A stretch of 64,000 bases of DNA from Azolla caroliniana (taxonomy: Eukaryota; Plantae; Polypodiophyta): contig JBHGNT010000017.1 in the NCBI GenBank assembly GCA_043228905.1, positions 12,028,001-12,092,000 on the forward strand, in the 5' to 3' direction. Within the stretch, counting starts at the first letter, position 1, and the number at the start of each line of letters is the position of its first letter. Of this stretch, positions 9,563 to 21,445 are shown in pieces. Position numbers and translations under genes: made by a program. The notes beneath the pieces are model-generated. The model was not told the origin of the DNA and did no database searches. It worked only from the letters and a program-made list of their open reading frames with translations.

Positions 9563-12560
9563 CTATTCTTCGTCCAAAATATCCAGAATGCTTTGTTCGC
9601 GAGTCTCCAATGGTTCATCTGGAATTGGTTGTTGTTGTTGTTGTTGTGGTTGCTGCAACTGGTCCGTTGGTGGCTGTTGCGGCTGCTCCTCCGTTTGTTG
9701 CTCTGACACTGGCGTTTCCGTCGTTGCTCCCTCCATCGTAGTGGTCTCCGGTTGATTGGTTCCGGCCTGGCCCTCGTCCGGCAACGGTTCCTCATCACTA
9801 AGGTTAACCGTTGCCGCTTCCCGTGCTTTTTCTTCCCAAACCCGGGACCACTCGTAGCTCTCAAACTGGATTTGAGTGTCCAGCCTATCATCATCTAGCT
9901 GAGCTACGAGTTGCCGGACCTGCACCAACTGTTCATCCACCAGAACTTGGAAGTCTTCAGCTAGCTCGTCCCGTATGGCGGTGAAGTCCTCGGAAGTCAA
10001 CGTGTAACAATCATCTCCTTCCTTCCACCAGTTTTCCACGTCTGCTCATAGCAATTGGAGTCTCGCCGTATTTTGTGCCCACTTTGTCCACCATCTTACG
10101 GAGCTTTCGTCAATCAAGTGTTTTGTCTGATTCAGCCATGCCCGGAGGATGCACTGAATCAGGCCCGTTCCCATCTGCGATTTGATCTCCGCAGCTTGCC
10201 GTTCCTCCTTCAATTGCTTGATGATTTTGACGTTGTCTTCCGCCTGCTCCTTGTAATGCGTCAATTGCCCTTGATATGTGCTTTGTAATTTTTTCAATAC
10301 CATTGTCGCTCTCTCCCTTTCTTCCTGCTGCTGACTCTGGAGCTCCATCCAGACCTTCTCCGCCTCGTCCAACTGTCTTGTATTTTCTGCTCGTTCGTCG
10401 GCGAGCGCCGTCGCGGCCCGATCAACTTCCTGCTGGAGCTCGGCCATCCGTTCCTTATGCTCCGTTTCCAGCCGTTTGTAGTCCCGGTGTAGGTGCTCAA
10501 AATCATTTGTCTTTTGCTTGAGCTGTACGTTGATCTGTCGACGGGCCCGGTCCTCGCAGTCCTTCTCCTGGCGGAGCTCCTCCTTTAGCCATTCAATTTC
10601 CGTTTCCGCCGTCTTCCACAGCTTGTCCTTTTCCTGCAGCACTTTGTCTTTTTCCTCCCTTAACCGGTCGTACGCTTGATGGCCTTTCCGGAGGCTCTCC
10701 TTTGCCCGACGAAGGTTCTCAGCAGTCTTCTTTAATTCTGCTTCGGCCGCTGTCTTCGATTCCCATTCGGCTCCTTAGCGCTTCTTGTGCGGCAAGTTCA
10801 TCTCTCAATTCCGCAAGCTCCTGGGCTTGCGCCACATCTCTCTCTGGAATGGTTTCCGTTGTCGGGGTCTTATTAGTATGTACAGGTTGGTCTGGTTCTT
10901 TATTCTGTACACTTACCAGAGTCACCGGTGCTTGGATCTATGTTGCCGTTAAGGCCATTTTGGCCATTTCGACCGTGACCTGATCCAAGTCATTTTCAAG
11001 GCACCGGATTTTGGACCGGGCCGTCTCTAGTTGTTCGGTTGTGATGAGCAACCGCTCGCTTTGCGCTCTTTCTTCCGCCTCAATATACCCCACTGCTCCG
11101 GTAATCTGTTCGCCTATCCACCAGAGCCACAGGCTACCGGTGCATTGTTGTTGCGCTTGCACAGAGGTTTGACGGATGGGCTCGCTTGTGGGTGGGTGGT
11201 CCCGCCTGATTGCGCCGAGTTTCAATTCCGTTTCTGCCCGTGGACTACCCTGCTGTCCTGGTTCCCCTTGCGCTTCTTCTTGGTTGGCTGAGGGAGGCTG
11301 CATTGACCTTTCCGGCTCTGGCGGAACGGGACTTGTCGGTGCTGTCTGTGGTGCAGGGGCTTCTGATTCCGGTGCCATGCGCACCGGTTCCGGTTCCTCC
11401 CTTGGCGTGGGAGTCTCAGTATGGGGAGCCGGTGTTCCCTCCGTCTGAGGGTCCGAACATTTCTCGGCTGCCTCAACAATCCTTGCCAACGACCGTCGCT
11501 GGAGGTGCTCCGTAGGCTCCTCCTCTATTTCCTCTTCTTGAGTCCCGACATTGAGTTTCGCCGCCAAGGGGTCCGCTTCTCTATTCACCGGTCGGCGGAG
11601 TGTAATCTTTACGGGCCGTACCGGTGGTTCCTCCTGCGCATCCGTTGGCCGCTTCCGGCTGGCGCTCTCCTTTCCCGCCTGTTCTGCGTCCGCCACCTTC
11701 CCCTTAGTGGCCTTAGAGGCCAATAGCTGTTGTCATTTGGAAGCAGTCCTTGGGGTGCCGTCCGCCACTCTTCCCCGCTTCTTGGGCTGGACGGGCTGGA
11801 CGGGTGGCACAAGCAAGGTGAGCCACTGCATTACTGCGTGCCATATCTTCCGTCCGTCTTGGCCTTCTTTGTCGTCTTTTCCTCTGACGATCTCGATCGC
11901 CGCACACAAACCGTCTGCGATCAATACCGGCCAATCCACCTTGATCCCTTCATAGGTGGCGATGATCATCCCTACCCGGTTCTGCGGCATGACAGGGGGT
12001 CTAGGGTACACATGGCCGTATTCGTGGAGCACACGGGCAATCTCGCAGAATAGCATATCTCCGCCGCCCTGTGTCTGGTAGCCCTTGCTGGCTAGGGAGT
12101 TCTCACCAAAATACTTGATGAGTTGCTCCGAGGTCGGATTGTCGATCGTGAATATGCCTCCCTCCAGAAGGCCTGTTAATGCACGGATCGCCTCCTCCGT
12201 TATGACCTCTATGTCGATTTCTTTGATCACCTTGTCGGCTTCTTTGTGTGGTGGTGCCTCCATAATCGTCAAGAAGCCCTCGAGCCCGTGTTGCTTTAGC
12301 CATTTCTTGGCGGCTTCCAACAACGTTTGCGGGTCCATGTCTGTGTCGAGGTCGGATTGTGGTGGCGAGGTTGGATGGTGATGAGAGTGAGCGTGAGAGA
12401 GAGAGAGTTCAGAAAGCGGGGGTTCTCTGTGCGTAGGTTCTCGTCTGGTGATCTGCCAACGCCTTGGTGCTTCTGTGCTCCTGGGTTCGTGAAATGAGAA
12501 GGTCTTCATGCGCTGTGGTTTTTTTCTGTGCATTTTGGCGCCTTTTTCGAGCGTGTGCAC
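9563..12560 (-). pseudogene. Extra 3' ORF (ORF3) of copy A: conserved N-terminal helical domain, Pro/Glu linker, long coiled coil, Trp-rich motif, Gln-rich tail
   Basis: Consecutive ORFs 11733-12560, 10938-11723, 10719-10925, 10046-10642, 9563-10039; homologous to 33201-36210, 45448-46518 and 54755-57872. Confidence 0.85.
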
Positions 12561-12711
12561 GTCGTGTCCTAAAATAACATTATGTCCTCTAGCAGCGCTT
12601 AAATGCCCACTACGTACCTTTTCGCTCCTCGCTCTCTCGTCCGTTCATACCTCGCTTTTGCATGATTACTTCGCTTTTTTCTTTTTCTTTTTTTTTTAAT
12701 GTAGTGTGAGG

Positions 12712-15700
12712 TTACTTGTCCGTTGGTCCTATTGGACCCTTACCGGCCTCATTACGGTTTGCCGTCGCCTCATTCTCCCCAGTTACCGGCTTGTCGTCTC
12801 CTCCGTCTTGGTGGTTGCCGTTTCCCTCATAGGTTGTCGTTTTCGCACCGGTTCCCGATCCGGTGTCGGTCCTTTGCTCAAATGGGTTCTTGGGCATCGG
12901 TCCTCTATATGGCTTCAATCTGAATCCGTTGACCCATTTGCCTAGCACTTCGCCGGCAAGTGTCCTTAACTGGTAGGACCCATTATACTCACGTGTTAGC
13001 CAATACGGGCCGGTCCATCTAAACCGTAGTTTACCCAGCATCTTGCCCATCCGGGTCTGAAATACTAACACCGGCTTGCCGATTTCAAACATTTTTTCAT
13101 TTCCTTTCCTGTGCCGGTCGACAAATGCTTTTTGTCGCCGTTGTTCCAATTCTAAGTGCAGGATGCTTGCCAGTCATTGTTCCTCGAGTTCACACAGCGT
13201 TGTTAACCGTATTGCCTCTGACTCCTTGTTCAGCCGTTCCCGTAGCTGGATCCGTAAGCTTGGTACTTGGAATTCCACCGGCATGACCGCCTCTAGTCCG
13301 AACGCTAACCGGAACGGTGTTGTTCGGATGCTCGTTTTGTATGGTGTCCGGTATGCCCAAAGCGTGCTATGTAGCTTGGTATCCCAATCTGTTCAGTTTT
13401 CGTTGACGATCTTCTGGAGGATATTCTGGAGCATTTTGTTCGTCGACTCAGCTAACCCGTTTGCTTGTGGATAGTACGGTGTGCTCCGTTTATGGACAAC
13501 GGCATAGAATGTCGTCAGGCTTTCAACTACTTGGCCGAGAAAGTGCCCCCCTTGGTCGCTTATTAATTTGATTGGGCATCCGTAACGGCACCAGATGTAT
13601 TCGTATAGAAATTTTGCCGTTGACGTAGCGGTGTTGTCTCTTAAGGCTTTGGCTTCCACCCATTTCGTGCAGTAATCCGTCGCGACGATGACGTACCAAT
13701 TACCTGTTCTCATTGCCGGTGGTTTGAACGGTCCAACAAAGTCCAACCCCCACTTCTGGAATGGTTTGAGTGGTAGTATAGGCTGGTGTGGCATCCGAGC
13801 TTGCTCCGTTGGCTGGCCCATTGGCTGGCATAGGTCACATTCTTTTGCGTATCGTACATCATCTCTTAATGTAGTTGGCCACCATAGGCCACTTTGCCAT
13901 ATTTTCCTGGTCATCACATCTCCGGCATAGTGACCTCCGGCAACTCCGTAGTGGGCTTCCCTCAGTATGAGGTCCTTTTCATCGCTGCGCATAGCCCATC
14001 TCCATATGCCGTCCGCGCCCTTGTGGTAAAGTGTGTCTCGCAGTAAGCAGAAATGTCGGCTTTGCACCGCCAGGCATTTCCTTTCGTCCCGGTTCATCTC
14101 CTCCGGAGGCAATCTTGTGCTCAGAAATTGGTGCATATTTGTGAGCCACTTGTCTTCCTATGCCACCGTCTCATCTGCTGTCGTTTCCGTAGTGACTCGA
14201 AATAGCTCCGCATCCGGAAACTCGTCCGCTACTCCGTCGCCCGTCTCTCCGGACTCTAATCGGCTTAAATAATCTGCTACGGCATGCTGTATACCGGGTC
14301 GGTGGAATATTTCGAACTCGAATTCCTGTAACAGTAAGGTCCACCGGGCCAACTTACCGGTGAGTGACGCCTTGGACACCATGTAGAGGAGTGCCGAATG
14401 ATCTACATGGAAGGAAAACTTCCTTCCCAATAAATAATGCCGAAACTTTGTCACACTATAGATCATCCATAGAGCTTCCCGTTCCGTGGTAGAGTAGTTC
14501 CGTTCTGCTTGGGATAGCTTTCGGCTGGCACAGTACACTGGCCGGTACCACTTTGGCTCCGTAAGCTGCATCAGTGCGCTTCTGATTGCGATGTTGGAGG
14601 CATCCATGAACAAATGAAATTCTTTACTCCAGTCCAGAGGCTGCACTACCGGTGCTTGCGACAATAGTACCTTGAGGGTCCTATACGTCCTATCCTCGGT
14701 GTCGGTCCACTAGAATGGTGTTCGATGTACCGCGGCCTGCAACGGTGTAGCCAAGTCAGCCAAGTATCGGAGCATCTGGTTGTGCCACCGGATCTGCCCT
14801 AAGAACCGGCTCAATGCCTTTGCCGTTGCCGGCGCCGGTGCTTCTAATATGGCTTTCACTTTGTCTGGGTCGATTGCAATGCCTTCCTTGCTCACAATAT
14901 GTCCTAGTAGGGTTCCATTGGACACGCCCAATACACACTTCGCCGGATTCAAGCTTAGCCAGTACGCTCTACACTTTTCTAGACAAAGACGGAGGTGCTG
15001 AAAATGGTCCTCTTCCCGGCTATAGACGGCGAAATCGTCAAGGAAAACCTGCATAAAAGCCGGGATATATTCACCAAAGATTTCCATGATGATTCATTGG
15101 AATGTTGCCGGTGCCGTTTTGAGTCCGAACATCATCACCACGCCCACAAACAACCCCCATTCGGTGACGAAAGCCGTTTTCTCTTGGTCGTCGTGGTGCA
15201 TCCGGATCTGATTATACCCGCTGAATCCGTCTAGAAAGCTATAGACCTCATGGCCGGCGACGGCATCCAACACTCCATCTGTGAACGGAAGTGGAAACGC
15301 ATCCGTTACCATAGTCGCATTGAGTTTCCGGTAGTCCACACAAACTCCAATTTTTCCGTTTTTCTTCGGTACGACTACGATCAGGCTCAGCCATGTCGCT
15401 TTCTTTACCGAACAGATAAAGCCAACTCTTAGCAGTTTGTCGATTTCCTCGACTTTGGCGGCATAATTGGGATTCATCCGGTACCGTCTTTGTGCCACTG
15501 GTTTTGCGTCCTTGCTCAAGTGAATCTGATGCCGGTATAACTGAGGGACGAGCCCTCGCATGTCTTCGTATGACTAGGCAAACACGTCGCGAAATTCCGT
15601 GAGAAGTGTGATCATCGCCGTTTTGTCTTCGGACTTCATCTCCTTGGAGATGTGCACCGGTTTTGCTTCGTCCGTGGTCCCTAGGTTCACCTCTTCAAGT

Positions 15701-15730
15701 TGCGACGCTTTTACGCGCTGTGAAACGGCC
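12712..15730 (-). pseudogene. pol: Gypsy pol (RT, RNase H, integrase) of copy A
   Basis: VCVDYRKLN, FLDGFSGYNQI, VFLDDF, DASNIAI..RNYSTTERE, HYAG..CDLC, WGLDFVGP, QANGLAESTN, RWTGPY. Confidence 0.95.
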
Positions 15731-16759
15731 ATTTCCGTAATATAGTCCGTAATTCCTCCTCTGGGGGTGCGCGGGCAAGCTAACTATGCATCCGTTGAAA
15801 CCGGATGACAAACTGGGGAATGCTCTCCCCTTCCTCCTGTCGGATGGTATAAAACAAGCCCACCATTATTGTCTAGTCCACCTCCTTTTGGAAAAAATGC
15901 AAGAATTTAGCTTTTAAATTTGCGAAGGTGGTGATGGTAGATGGGTCCTGCGTCCGGCGCCATCTTGCTGCCAGTCCCTCCAATGTGGCGCCAAATTCCG
16001 CTATCTTAGAGTGTTCCTCTTCCTCCGGGGTCAATCGCTGGGACACATGGTTTGCTTCCCATGTTTGTTCAAAGGCGTGACCATGAGCTTCCGCGTCCGG
16101 ATCATCTCTATACTTGGAGTACTGGAACGACATGTCGTCGTCCGGTATCGGTGCGCGGGCTGGTGGTGTTGGTGGTCGTTCCTGGTTTTTCTCCGGCGTC
16201 GGTGGTTGTTCCTGATTTGTCTCCAGCGTCGGTGGTCTTTCCTCTTCTTTTGGGGACGGAGGCCTCTCCTCCTCGACTTCCGGTGTCGGAGGTCGCTCTT
16301 CCTCTGCTTCTTATTCCGGAGGTTCCAGCCTTAGCACTTCCAGTTCCGGTGTCGGTAAGGTGTCCGATCCTTCGTCCTCCGGTCCGCCCGGGGTGTCGTT
16401 GCTACTATGGTAGTTCATGTGCACACTGTATCCCCCTTCGGAATCCGATTCATACGCTGAAAAGGCTTCTGCTTCGCCTTCTCCGCTTGCCAATGCCTGG
16501 AGAAGGGATTCGGTTTCTCGGAGGTTGCTTAGGCTGCTGCCGTCGTCCGGGTGCGATGTTTGCTGTAACCAGAGGGACTCCTCCGCTACTCTCCGGATTA
16601 CGTTGGAAAACGAGCGATCCGCTCTAATTTCCTGCGCCGCTTGCTGGAAAGCCTCACATCTCCTTTGCCTTTTGGCAAGGCATCGAGTTCGATCTGTAAC
16701 CAGGTCGTGCGTTGATCTAGTCATCCATTCATGCCATCGTTCACTGCAAAAATAAGAAT

Positions 16760-16770
16760 TGTGGTCGCCA
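16760..16770 (-). promoter_or_regulatory. PBS complementary to the tRNA-Arg(TCG) 3' end
   Basis: TGGCGACCACA on the minus strand, 7 nt inside the 5' LTR boundary; same motif at 22308-22317 and 63519-63528. Confidence 0.75.
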
Positions 16771-16777
16771 AAAACTG

Positions 16778-17209
16778 TGTTAACTCTTAGGGCCGGACAA
16801 TGGCCTAACACAGGGTGTCTACGGAAGACACTTCACCAAAGGGGTGTTACGGCAAGAGGATTAGGCTCAACGATTAATCCGACTTAATTAGGTTACTTAG
16901 CAAGATCGTCCTTAATCACACGCGTAAGATATAACAATGAATGCAGAACATCAATTAACACAGAGAGATAAAAACACTAAGCTTCATTAATTATCCGCTA
17001 CGCATTGCATTGTATCCGGGCCTTTAAATAGGTTTCCGGTTTGTAGTACAAAACGGTGTCATCCGCACCTGTTCGGGATCGGTCCGGATCCAGAACGGCA
17101 TACCGATTCCGATCCGTCCGTCCACACTAATAGCTTACTTACAACCATTCCTTAATAATTAAATAACTCCTTCGTTTCACACTCTGGACTCCTTTGCCGG
17201 CCGGTAACA
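16778..17209 (-). repeat. 5' LTR of Gypsy copy A
   Basis: Direct repeat of 9073-9507, adjacent to the PBS. Confidence 0.97.
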
Positions 17210-17459
17210 ACAAGAAACATGAATCATTAACTTAATTGTAGCTTGTCGAAATTGTAATTAGCGACAATATTTACACTTAGAAGGTCTAGGTTCATTGAAA
17301 GAACCTAGACCTTTGTCTGCAGTTGAATTTTCCGTTGGGGATCCAGTGACCCCTCAATTTCAAGGTCATATTGAGCAACTTGTTCCAGATAATGCCTCAT
17401 TAGCACATTTTCATGTATAAGTTATTTATAGCATATTACATAGTAGCAAAACAATAGGT

Positions 17460-17919
17460 ACCTGAATCTTATTTTTGATTGTTGTAACTACCAAAGTGAC
17501 TTTGCCCTCCATCGCAGTCGCCAATGTTGCTTTCTCTAAATCAATGTGTCACCTGTATCATCGACATTGGCTTTCATTGTGTATCGGTGTGGTGTATACT
17601 TGCGGGTTTGTTGGGACTCGGTAGTTTCATCATCAACTGCCATTCTCCAAAATCTTGCCATTTTTTGTTGCAAGCTCCCCATCTTCCACCATCTTTCTAC
17701 GTATGCCTCACCATAAATTGCCCAAGCTACCTTGTAGATTTCAGGGTCCTGAGATTCCTTCGTTGTTTTGCAATACTCATATGCAAAAGCTCTGGCAAAT
17801 GAAACAGACAACTCGTTGTTGAACGGGATCAGACTTGATGTACTTTCTGGTGTAGTCTCATGTAGTTGTCGTACAGGTCCGATCGTTATCTGAAATTTGT
17901 AATTTGTCCTTTTCAACAT
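17460..17919 (-). pseudogene. Unknown ORF/exon, probably the upstream part of the RING-H2 gene split by Gypsy copy A
   Basis: ORF 17536-17919 with protein-like composition, same strand as the RING exon, CAG/GTACC donor-like site at ~17460; the TSD shows the flanks were contiguous. Confidence 0.4.
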
Positions 17920-18689
17920 GTATCAGAAATCAACCACTTAAAAATCAGAAACCGTAATCAGAATTTGTCATGAAAATTGGTGCAAAATTACAACACATTG
18001 CGATAGTAATCAGAAATTTGTAACCAGAAACTTTTAATCAGAAACCCTAAAACACTCAAGGAAAACACAAACCTTAATCATCACTAAAGGCAGAAATCAA
18101 CCATAATACGAAATTCTATCAATTAGAAACACACCTGCTACTACACCCCGATCTTCGAGACATCCTTGTTTGGAACTCCAACGACTTCACCCTATTCGAT
18201 TTTTGGGAAAGATGAACAAGCACCAAAGTTACAGACAGTTATCAGAAAGGAATTTTTTTCTTTTAATATGTAACTGATACATACCTAGTCGAGGATCGAA
18301 CTGGTTGTGTGTTGTAGCTATGAAGGTGAAAATATCAATCTCAGAGTTTTTGTGCTGTTACAGGAGGTTCGTCTATGTTCGTGCTCAGAGTACTCCATCT
18401 GTTTGGAGTTCGAACTCGAACTCAGGACTATCAAAAATTTGATGACATTGAAGTCGACCTTAGATGATGGCACTATTCCCGAAGTTCTACTATGTCAGAA
18501 ACTAAAGTTCAAATATTTGAGTATTCTCATAAATTAAATGACATGTATTTAACTAATACAACATAAAATTTCGTAAACCATCCTTATGATTTGCCCACAA
18601 AAAACTATCTAAACAAATAGCTAATTAGTTGTGGCCATTTTAGTAGCTAATTAGCTATAATAATGTTTCCACTTGCATGCTTTTACCCT

Positions 18690-20687
18690 TCTCCGCTTCG
18701 GATGTCGATCCAGCTCTAGCTTATTCAACCAATTCGCATCCGGTTGAGATTGTCCATTGAAAACTCCCCCTCAAGATCAACTAGACGTTGGATCAATATG
18801 TGTGTCCGTTGGCCCTTTCATCCGGCTCCTCCTGGCATCTTCCGGCCTGGTTCGCGCTCCTCATCCGGTTCGGTTCCTCGGCACCTCGACCGTCTTGGTC
18901 GGTTTGTTAACTCCCTTGGCCCTTGTCAGCTCCCTCATTGCTGTGGTCCTAGCGCTTCTCGACAATTAGTCTGAAATTGAAACCATCATCCGATTCGGCT
19001 TTCTGGACATCATCATTTCTCTCCTCCTTTCCGACTTCACCTCTCCCGCTCAAGTTCGGCATATCAAGGTAATGGAGACCAAGCAGGCCCAAAAAATGCC
19101 GCAACTTGTCCAGGTCGAGAGGTTTGGTGAAGATGTCGGCGAAGATGTCGGTAGGTTGCCGATCCGTTGGAACATATACCAGTTCGACTTCACCGGAGAG
19201 GACTCGCTCTTGGACAAAATGGTAATGCACCTCAATGTGCTTTTTTTGGGATGGAAGACGGGGTTCTTCGCTAGTTGGATGCTGTTGAGGTTGTCGCAAT
19301 ACATCGTCGTCAGATCGGACACCTCCATATATAGATCCTTTAACAACCATTTAAGCCAAATTTCTTCGCACGTCACGACAACGCTCCTCGGCGCTCGATG
19401 GTGCAATTGTCGACTGCTTCTTACTGCTCCAGACGATCGTGACACTTCCAAGTGAAAACGTGAATCCGGAAGGTGACCTTTGATCGCCGACGTTTCCAGC
19501 CCAATCGGCATCCGTATTGCCATTTAATTGTCCGACTACACCGGCCCGATACAACAAACCCCTGTCCTTAGTGCCACTGATGTATCTGAGAATTCAGTGT
19601 GCACACTATAGGTGCTCCACGGTCAGATGCACCATGAATTGACTAATCAATCTGACTGGATAGCTGAGGTGTGTTTGGGTGATGGTAAAATATATGAGGC
19701 TTTCGACTATTTGCTGAAACCTTTTCGGGTTGCAAGGTTGTCTAGAGTCGGGGCGTAGCTTCACATTCCTATCCAAAGGAGTTAACATGGATGTGCATTC
19801 CATCATACCGAATTTGAAGAGCATAATCAACATATATCCGTACTGAACTACGGGGTGCTTTTGACAAATGCATCGGTACAACTTCTGGTTCGCCAATTTC
19901 GTGGCCCTCTTGCCCGACTCGGACTTCTGTTCCAAAAGTTTGTCTTTGTTCTTTCTAGAGTCGGATTTACTCTGATCCGTCTCTTCTTTGCTGGTATCAT
20001 TTGGTTCACCTTCTTCTAGCGTGTGAACTATCTCCCTCGGTTCCTTACACGGGGAGAGCACGACCGAGTCTTCACTACTCGCTAGCTCGTCATCCAGTTG
20101 ACCGCTTTGGCTCAACCAGTCTGGATTTAGTCTACTGGTCCGGAGTGAACTCGGACTATCCGGTTCGGATTCTGCAATGCTTTCTTATGTTCCAGAATCA
20201 ATTGCATCTTCCACAACATTCAGTTTAGGTTCGGGTGATGAGAAGTAAGACGGCAGTCCAAATTGCTTCGACCCAATAAATCTGGGGAATTCACTTCTCT
20301 CTAGCATTTCCCTTACAACTTCTATGAGCGTTCGATTTCGATGTTCGGCCACGTCGTTCTGCTCCAGCGTGTATCTACAGGAGAAGTCTCGTCGGATTCC
20401 CTTGGTTTGCACATAAGTAGTGAATTGGCCAGAAAAGTACTCTTTTCCATCGTATGATCTTAGAAACTTGATCTTCCTTCCGGTTTCTCGTTCAACATGA
20501 CTCTTTAGGTCCCAGAAGCATAAGAAAGTTTCACTCCTCTTCTCGATCAAATAGATCCAAGTGTGCCAACTGAAATCATCGATCAAGGAGACGAAATACT
20601 GACTTCCGCCGATGCTCGCATTTTGAGTTGGTTCCCACACATCCGAATGGATGAGATCGAGCTGATTCCATCTCCGATTCTTGTCAT
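18690..20687 (-). mobile_element. 3' half of a degenerate Ty1/Copia (integrase, partly deleted RT, RNase H, PPT, truncated 3' LTR)
   Basis: LDLIHSDVW..YFVSLIDDFS, NTDADWAG, YCDNLNSIQLAKNPVFH, KHIEVHYHF; PPT GAGGGGGAG at ~18764-18772; 18690-18762 aligns with the start of LTR 49713-50138 at roughly three-quarters identity. Confidence 0.9.
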
Positions 20688-21251
20688 TGTCGGGTTTCTT
20701 GTGGTTCATGCGGCGAACTCGCAAGGACTAAGGTTAAAGGAAGTTGGCTATATATTTTATAAGACTTGTGTGATGATGTTAGAAAGATTAAGGATAGGCA
20801 GAAGAAGAGTTAAAAGTAATGTGACAGAGGGACGAGTATAGATAAAAGATAGAGAAAATGTATGATTTAAGAAGCAAGAGTGATATGAACATGATTTATA
20901 TTAAGAAAACAAGATTTTACCAACTTTACACTGCTTGATAGAAAGATGAAGCCTTTCTCTACCGACTCTTGATTTGAACCCTTAACTTCAACTCCGAAGG
21001 ACCAGACACTTCCCCAAATGAGCTAGCTTCTTTGGTTGATAAATGATTTCATTTCTTACTTTCTCTTCCTTTCCTCCCTTACTTGATTCCCCTCTTTTTA
21101 TAGGTGCCCCCATGCATATAATGCATGTGAGGGTACAAGACATGCATGAAATGCATGTGATGCATAATAGATGTTGGCCAGTGGCGGCCAAGTATGGAAG
21201 GAGGAAGAGGTGAGCTATTTCCTAGAAATATAATTAAATAACTAAGAATTA
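20688..21251 (-). repeat. LTR (partial) of the fungal-type Gypsy, interrupting the Copia integrase
   Basis: Starts TGTCG; 20688-~21170 is a direct repeat of 47406-~47890. Confidence 0.8.
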
Positions 21252-21445
21252 TGTTAGGAATGAACGAATTCGGAAGAGGTATGTCGATTCAGATCCGGAC
21301 CGATTCATACCTGGTTGCCAGTTCGGCACCGTTTTGTAGCACAGATCGGATGCTTATAAAAGGTTCCAGATATCTTTGTCTGAACGACGGAACATTAATA
21401 TAAGAGCGTGTTATTATTGACTATCTGACCTTTATTTCGTCCCGT

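Larger units (their letters stand above)
9073..17209 (-). mobile_element. Ty3/Gypsy non-chromovirus LTR retrotransposon (copy A): two LTRs and TSD, internal deletion of gag C-terminus and protease
   Basis: LTRs 9073-9507 and 16778-17209 (TGTTA...TAACA), TSD ACAAG at 9068-9072 and 17210-17214, gag 15740-16730, RT-RH-INT 12712-15730, extra ORF 9563-12560. Confidence 0.97.

Noticed and set aside
9563-12560. env gene / endogenous retrovirus call for ORF3
   Set aside because: No signal peptide or transmembrane helix in the sense frame; hydrophobic ORFs here are antisense shadows of the Gln/Glu-rich frame
2979-18050. Telomeric repeats linked to the PLE (single TTTAGGG/AAACCCT words at ~2980, ~4355, ~18042)
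   Set aside because: Isolated single units far from the PLE ends; expected by chance or as telo-boxes
17930-18250. Repeated AATCAGAAA words as a regulatory array
   Set aside because: Irregular spacing in AT-rich, intron-like sequence; no supporting structure
1730-18690. Terminal inverted repeat AGCATG(C)AAGT between ~1734 and ~18671-18681
   Set aside because: Only about 10 matching bases with a gap and no TSD; too weak to define one element
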